Shown here in pieces: positions 58,832 through 64,000 of a stretch of 64,000 nucleotides of DNA. A program made the position numbers and the translations under genes. The notes beneath the pieces are model-generated. The model saw nothing but the letters and a program-made list of their open reading frames with translations. It searched no databases and was not told the DNA's origin. The DNA comes from an uncultured Trueperaceae bacterium (GTDB taxonomy: Bacteria > Deinococcota > Deinococci > Deinococcales > Trueperaceae), in contig CAWFFU010000003.1 in the NCBI GenBank assembly GCA_963815215.1, positions 1,120,001 to 1,184,000 of the forward strand, read 5' to 3'. Numbering within the stretch: position 1 is the first letter of the stretch; each line of letters starts with the position of its first letter.

Positions 58832-59302
58832 TCACTGCGTCGCCTGCGACAGGATCTTCGCGAACACCCCGTCCATCATCGCGCCCGCCTTCGCCAACTC
58901 CGGTGACACTCCCGCGAACAGTTCTGACGGCTTGAAGTACCCGATCTCCGTCTTGCCGGCCGCGTCCACCCAGACGTACATGCGCAGCGGGATCACGGCG
59001 CCCGCCGCGGCGTCCATCTCGAACAGCTTCTTGCCCGCGACGGGGTTGCCGATGAAGAACGACTCCGCCCCCTGCAGGTTCAGACCCGTCGTCGACAACG
59101 CACCCTTCTGGTTCAGATTGCCCAGCACCATCATCCCGTTCGACGCCACCGCCTTCTTCAAGCTCGACACGGTCGCATCGAACGACGCACGCGAGGACGC
59201 ATGCAAGAACTCGGGACTCCCCTGCGCCGCCGCCGTCCCCAGGACCGCCATCACCACGAGAACCAGCGCCACACCACGAAGCGAACTCAACCATCCACGC
59301 AT
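58832..59302 (-). CDS. DUF302 domain protein with signal peptide
   Basis: SFDATVSSL, IGNP, GAVIPLRMYVW, IGYFKPS; AAGGAG RBS. Confidence 0.85.
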   Translation of the reverse strand: MRGWLSSLRGVALVLVVMAVLGTAAAQGSPEFLHASSRASFDATVSSLKKAVASNGMMVLGNLNQKGALSTTGLNLQGAESFFIGNPVAGKKLFEMDAAAGAVIPLRMYVWVDAAGKTEIGYFKPSELFAGVSPELAKAGAMMDGVFAKILSQATQ

Positions 59303-59400
59303 CGGACACTCCTTCGATCGATGAGATCGGCCGGGAAGCCCGGCCCGCCGGCGCCGTTGCACCGACCCGACCACCTTGAGGCATCCGTGCGAACCGTTCG

Positions 59401-59414
59401 GTCAAACGTTTGAC
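59401..59414. promoter_or_regulatory. Palindromic operator GTCAAACGTTTGAC (copy 2)
   Basis: Perfect 14-bp palindrome upstream of the DUF302 gene. Confidence 0.55.
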
Positions 59415-59515
59415 GCGGGATCATGGGCGGATCGTCATCACGGTCTGATGCGGGGCAGGGGCTCTCGGGCAGACGCCGCTTCCGCGGTCGCCCGCCCGTT
59501 GAGGCTGCCGCGGGC

Positions 59516-60220
59516 TCAGGCTCCCGCGAGCGCCTCCTCGACCGCGGCCTCGGCATGGAGCGTGGTGGTATCGAACAGCGGCACGGTGCTGTCCTCGGCA
59601 CCCACCAGCAGCATGATCTCGGTGCAGCCGAGGATGATCCCCTCCGCTCCGCGGTCGACCAGACGAGCGATCACTTCGCGGTAGGCCGCGCGGGAGACGG
59701 GCTCCACCCGCCCCTGCACGAGCTCGTCGTAGATGATGCGGTGGACCGTGGCTCGATCGTCGGCGTCGGGAACGAGCACCTCGAGGCCGAAGCGCGCCTC
59801 AAGCCTGCCGCGGTAGAAGGGCTGCTCCATGGTGAAGGCCGTGCCGAGCAAGCCCACGCGTCGGATGCCCGACGCCCGGATCCGCTCGCCCGTCGGATCG
59901 GCGATGTGGAGAAGGGGGACCTCGACGGCGGCTTCGATCTCCTCGGCCATCAGGTGCATGGTGTTGGTACAGATGACCAGCAGATCCGCTCCCGCCGCCT
60001 CGAGGCGGCGGGCGGCATCGACCATCAGGGCCGTCGCGTCGTCCCACCGACCTTCGTGCTGGAGGGTCTCGATCTCCGCGAAGTCGAACGACCACAGTAG
60101 ACAGCGAGCGGACGCCGCTCGCCCCAACCGCTCCTGGACACGCTGGTTGACGATCCGGTAGTACTCCGCCGAGCTCTCCCAGCTCATCCCGCCGAGCATG
60201 CCGATGACCTTCTGCCGCAT
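59516..60220 (-). CDS. Aspartate/glutamate racemase family protein (YgeA/RacX-like)
   Basis: GMLGGMSWESS, ICTNTMH, ILGCTEI. Confidence 0.95.
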   Translation of the reverse strand: MRQKVIGMLGGMSWESSAEYYRIVNQRVQERLGRAASARCLLWSFDFAEIETLQHEGRWDDATALMVDAARRLEAAGADLLVICTNTMHLMAEEIEAAVEVPLLHIADPTGERIRASGIRRVGLLGTAFTMEQPFYRGRLEARFGLEVLVPDADDRATVHRIIYDELVQGRVEPVSRAAYREVIARLVDRGAEGIILGCTEIMLLVGAEDSTVPLFDTTTLHAEAAVEEALAGA

Positions 60221-60445
60221 GGATCCTCCTCGATCGGCCGTGCCTCGTCGGGCGAGCCGACGACCCTTCCAGCATGCGACCGTCGGCGCCGCCGCGCAAG
60301 GCCGTGCCACGCCTCGGACCACGGCCGGCAGGGTGCTCGACGCCGGCTCTCGCTACGACCCCCGCCTGTTGGCGGCGTGCCAGGATCCGCCGCCGGCTTC
60401 ATCGACCGTCGATATCGCCCCCCAGTTCACACATTGGACAGACCC

Positions 60446-60504
60446 TTGACAAACTCTCCGTATCTCTGTACACTCTATTCAAACCTTGGACGAAGTGTCC
60501 GAGG
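60446..60504 (+). promoter_or_regulatory. Near-consensus sigma70 promoter with downstream operator
   Basis: TTGACA-17-TACACT; CCTTGGAC-N5-GTCCGAGG at 60484-60504. Confidence 0.8.
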
Positions 60505-60527
60505 CGTTACCGTGAGGAGGAAACGCC

Positions 60528-60764
60528 ATGCGTACTATCAAGATGATCTCGCTGGTGCTCGTGATCGTAGGCGCGCTCAACTGGATGCTCGTCGGGCTCT
60601 TCGGGTTCGACCTGGTCGCAACCCTGACAGGCGACTCGTTCGGCCAGACCAACGTCCTCTCGTCGATCGTCTACGTGCTCGTCGGGATCGCCGGCATCGT
60701 GCTCGTGCCGAACGTCTTCGGACGTGACCCGGCGCACGCCGCGGCGGCGCCGCGAGCCCGCTAG
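60528..60764 (+). CDS. DUF378 domain protein
   Basis: LVIVGALNWMLVGLFGFDLVA and IVYVLVGIAG. Confidence 0.92.
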   Translation: MRTIKMISLVLVIVGALNWMLVGLFGFDLVATLTGDSFGQTNVLSSIVYVLVGIAGIVLVPNVFGRDPAHAAAAPRAR

Positions 60765-60885
60765 CCGACGCCACCGCGCCCGTTTGAGGGCGTCCCCCGA
60801 CCGCTGCGCGCGGCCGGCCGAGACCATCGGCCGGCCGCGCGCTCCCTTACCGGCCCTCGCGCAACGCTGTGGGCGGGACGCGCGC

Positions 60886-62676
60886 CTAGCCGAGACGCTC
60901 GGCCAGGAACGCCTCCAGTTCGCGGTAGAAGTCCGCGACGGTCTCCGCGGTCGACCAGCCGTGGCCCTCGTCCTCGTAGACCGTGTAGCTGTGCTGGATG
61001 CCATGGCGTTCCAGCTCCCTCACCAGGGCATCGGCGTCGGTCCTGGCCACCACCGCGTCCTTGCCGCCCTGGAACAGGTGGAGCGGATCGCGGATGGCGG
61101 CGGCGAGCGTCACCGGGGAGCGCTGACGATAGGCGGGAAGGGCCTCCGGCAACGGGCCGACCAGCCCGTCCAGGTAGCGGCGCTCGAGCTTGTGGGTCCG
61201 ACGGGCGAGCCCCAACAGGTCGGCGACCCCGAAGAGCGAGACCCCGGCGCCGAACCGGCCGGGCCGCGTCGCCAGGGCCATCAGCGTGGTGTATCCGCCG
61301 GCGCTTCCCCCCATGATCGCCACCGTCCGTTCGGCCGCGAGGCCTTCGCGCACCAGCCAATCGGCGGCAGCGCTGGCATCCTCGACGTCGGCGATGCCCC
61401 ATTGGCCGTCGAGCGCTTCACGGTACAGCCGGCCGTAGCCGGTCGAGCCCCGATGGTTCAGCAGCAGCACCGAGTAGCCCCGCGTGGAGAGGAATTGCGC
61501 CTGCGCGTCGTACGCCAACCCACGCATGGACGTGGGACCGCCGTGGACGCTGATCACGGTCTTCGGCCGGGACGCCTCGCCGCCGACCGCGGGGTAGAGC
61601 ACGCCGTAGAGCGCGCGCCCATCGTCGGTGGGGATGGTGACGTGGGCGGGTTCGGAGAGCGCTTCACGGTAGCGTTCCGCCGAAGCGTAGCGCAACACCC
61701 TCCACTCGGCTCCCTGCCAGGCCACCACGCGCGGCGCACGCACCGGGCTCTCGGCCACGGCCACCAGCCGCTCGGCGTCACCGGTGGGCTGGCGCAACCA
61801 GCGGTACCCCGCCAGCGGCAGCCGCTCACTCCGTCCGTCGGGCTCCACCCGCACGAGGGCCGCCTCGCCCTCGCGGACCACCTTCACGTAGAGCGCGCCG
61901 TCCGGGCCCAGGGTCATGGACCGCAGGCCCTGGGCGAACCCCGGCTCCATGACGGCCCCCCGCAGCAGCACCTCGCGCGCGCCGCTGCTCAGCTCGAGCC
62001 GCACCAGGCGGTCGGTCTCGCCCTCGTTGTCGACATAGAGGAGCGCACCGCCGTCGGGAGAGAACAGCGGCTGGTACACCCCGACGCCGGGCGTCCCGGC
62101 CACCTGCTCCACGGACGTCAGCCGTCCGTCGGCGTGGCGCCCGATCATCACGCGCGACGAGGTCCAGGCCATGGCGGGGAAGTCCCATTCCACCCACGCC
62201 AGCCGGTCACCGGAGGGCGACCACACGGGCTGCGCGTAGAAGTCGGCGCCCTGAGCCGCGATGGCCGGCCACGCGCGGCCCGACGCGTCGACGATGGCGA
62301 GCCGGTCCGTGTCGTCCTCGCGGTGGACGTAGGCGACCCAGCGACCGTCCGGCGAGATGGTGGGCGAGGCCACCTTGCCGAAGCTCGGGGTGAGGCGCTC
62401 GGCGGGTCCGGCGGCCAGCGGCTGACGCCAGAGCGCGTCGCCGCTGACGAACACGACCCACTCGGCGGAGACATCGAAGTCACCGCCGCCGTACCCCAGG
62501 CTCGAGCCCACGTCCATACCGACGGTGAGGTCCTGGGGCGTCCCACGCCAGCGCACCAGCACGCCGCGGCCGCCGCGCCGCTCGAGCCATACGACCTGGC
62601 CCGCCACAGCGCGCACGTCCCGTAGCTCGACCGCGTCGGTGAGGGCCTCGATGGGCAGCGGCGTCGACGTCGTCAT
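60886..62676 (-). CDS. S9 (prolyl oligopeptidase family) peptidase
   Basis: Beta-propeller SPDG repeats; HGGP, RGSTGYG, GGSAGG, DAVV, EGHG. Confidence 0.93.
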   Translation of the reverse strand: MTTSTPLPIEALTDAVELRDVRAVAGQVVWLERRGGRGVLVRWRGTPQDLTVGMDVGSSLGYGGGDFDVSAEWVVFVSGDALWRQPLAAGPAERLTPSFGKVASPTISPDGRWVAYVHREDDTDRLAIVDASGRAWPAIAAQGADFYAQPVWSPSGDRLAWVEWDFPAMAWTSSRVMIGRHADGRLTSVEQVAGTPGVGVYQPLFSPDGGALLYVDNEGETDRLVRLELSSGAREVLLRGAVMEPGFAQGLRSMTLGPDGALYVKVVREGEAALVRVEPDGRSERLPLAGYRWLRQPTGDAERLVAVAESPVRAPRVVAWQGAEWRVLRYASAERYREALSEPAHVTIPTDDGRALYGVLYPAVGGEASRPKTVISVHGGPTSMRGLAYDAQAQFLSTRGYSVLLLNHRGSTGYGRLYREALDGQWGIADVEDASAAADWLVREGLAAERTVAIMGGSAGGYTTLMALATRPGRFGAGVSLFGVADLLGLARRTHKLERRYLDGLVGPLPEALPAYRQRSPVTLAAAIRDPLHLFQGGKDAVVARTDADALVRELERHGIQHSYTVYEDEGHGWSTAETVADFYRELEAFLAERLG

Positions 62677-62967
62677 GCGATCCTCGCTTCCGGGGCAGGC
62701 CCGCGTCGAGCGCGGCACACCCTGAGGAACGGTAGCCCCGGGCCCCCGAACCGTCAAGCGCTCGTCGTGGCCTGCGGGCGTTCCCGTGGAACGGGCGCCT
62801 CCTGGCGCCCCGTGGGATCCAGGCGGGTCACCCGGCGCAGGCGCTCGCGCACGCAGGTGACGGCACCGCGAGTGTGCCGTACCCTGAGGCTCGAGCAGCG
62901 GCCGGAGCCGTTCCCCGAGCGTCCGGAACCTGGACCCGGGCGGCGCCCCAGCCACGGGAGGAGCAGC

Positions 62968-63945
62968 ATGGACGAAGTTCGATTGGGACGTTCCGGCCTG
63001 AAGGTCTCCAGGATCGTGCTGGGTTGCATGAGCTTCGGCAGGCCGGACGCGGGCGGCCACCCGTGGTCGGTCGACCTCGACGAGGCGCGGCCGCTCATCC
63101 GCAAGGCCTGGGAGGCAGGCATCACCACCTTCGACACCGCCAACGTCTACTCGCAAGGGACCAGCGAGGAGATCACCGGCAAGGTGCTCGGCGAGATCGC
63201 CCGCCGCGACGAGGTCGTCATCGCCACCAAGGTCCACGGCCGCATGGGGCCGGGACCCAAGGGCGGCGGGCTGTCGCGCGCGGCCATCTTCGCGCAGGTC
63301 GACGCCAGCCTGAAGCGGCTGGGAACCGACTATATCGACCTCTACCAGATCCACCGCTACGACCCCGAAACGCCCATCGAAGAGACGCTGCAGGCACTCG
63401 ACGACCTCATCCGTTCGGGCCGGGTGCGCTACATCGGCGCCTCCTCGATGGACACCTGGAAGTTCGTCCAGGCGCAGTACCTCGCCGACCTGCACCGCTG
63501 GGCCCGCTTCACCTCGATGCAGGACCAGTACAGCCTGCTCATGCGCGAGGAGGAACGCGAGATGCTGCCCTTCTGCCATGACCAGGGGGTCGGGGTACTG
63601 CCGTGGAGCCCGCTGGCGCGCGGACGGCTCGCCCGCCCCTGGGCGACCACGACGACGCGCAGCGAACAGGACGCCTTCGGCCAACGCCTCTACCGCCAGG
63701 CAGAGAACGCCAGCCAAGCCATCGTGGACGCCGTCGGGCAAGTCGCCGAAGAACGAGACGTCACGAGGCCGCAGGTCGCGCTCGCCTGGCTACTCCACCA
63801 GCCCGCCATCACCGCACCCATCGTGGGCGTGACCCAGGCCTCCCACATCGACGACGCCGTGGCCGCGGTCGACCTCCGACTCAGCGACGAAGAGCGCCAT
63901 CGGCTCGAAATGCCCTACGTTCCGCAACGGCCCGAGGGGTACTGA
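62968..63945 (+). CDS. Aldo/keto reductase
   Basis: LGRSGLKVS, FDTANVY, DYIDLYQIHR, WSPLARG. Confidence 0.95.
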   Translation: MDEVRLGRSGLKVSRIVLGCMSFGRPDAGGHPWSVDLDEARPLIRKAWEAGITTFDTANVYSQGTSEEITGKVLGEIARRDEVVIATKVHGRMGPGPKGGGLSRAAIFAQVDASLKRLGTDYIDLYQIHRYDPETPIEETLQALDDLIRSGRVRYIGASSMDTWKFVQAQYLADLHRWARFTSMQDQYSLLMREEEREMLPFCHDQGVGVLPWSPLARGRLARPWATTTTRSEQDAFGQRLYRQAENASQAIVDAVGQVAEERDVTRPQVALAWLLHQPAITAPIVGVTQASHIDDAVAAVDLRLSDEERHRLEMPYVPQRPEGY

Positions 63946-64000
63946 AGCGTCCGATCGAACCACGCCCACGCGTGGGTGGGCTCCTTTCACGCTCGGGCAG

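Overview
High-GC bacterial chromosomal window densely packed with about 58 metabolic, transport and regulatory genes. No rRNA, tRNA, CRISPR array, transposase, integrase or phage gene was recognised. Repeated leaderless starts (TAnnnT 6-8 nt before ATG/GTG) and the style of the PBP1A suggest Deinococcota, possibly Trueperaceae-like (inference only). In order: peptide ABC transporter with a giant M14 peptidase; a flavodoxin divergent from a B12-binding radical SAM enzyme plus MFS; lutABC; TMEM175 channel; beta-propeller lipoprotein; citrate synthase; NRAMP-like transporter; PBP1A; a doubly frameshifted PAS5-GAF-HD-GYP gene; a WYL/DinB/AlkZ DNA-damage module; MarR with a heterodimeric ABC exporter; a three-subunit glycerol-3-phosphate-dehydrogenase-like operon; DegV; betA; a FadR-controlled sugar ABC/split transketolase/IolB operon; cbiMQO; a disulfide oxidoreductase/DsrE/Crp/DUF302 cluster; racemase; S9 peptidase; aldo-keto reductase. 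Best leads: (1) a hidden regulon in which five promoters, plus up to three weaker ones, share a DosR/NarL-like 14-bp box abutting the -35 element with identical spacing, including the radical SAM/flavodoxin pair; (2) a PafBC-type promoter in front of dinB-alkZ next to a single WYL regulator; (3) a kinase-free transketolase/IolB sugar pathway; (4) an unclassified structured RNA candidate before degV. All product calls come from motif recognition by eye; no database searches were run.
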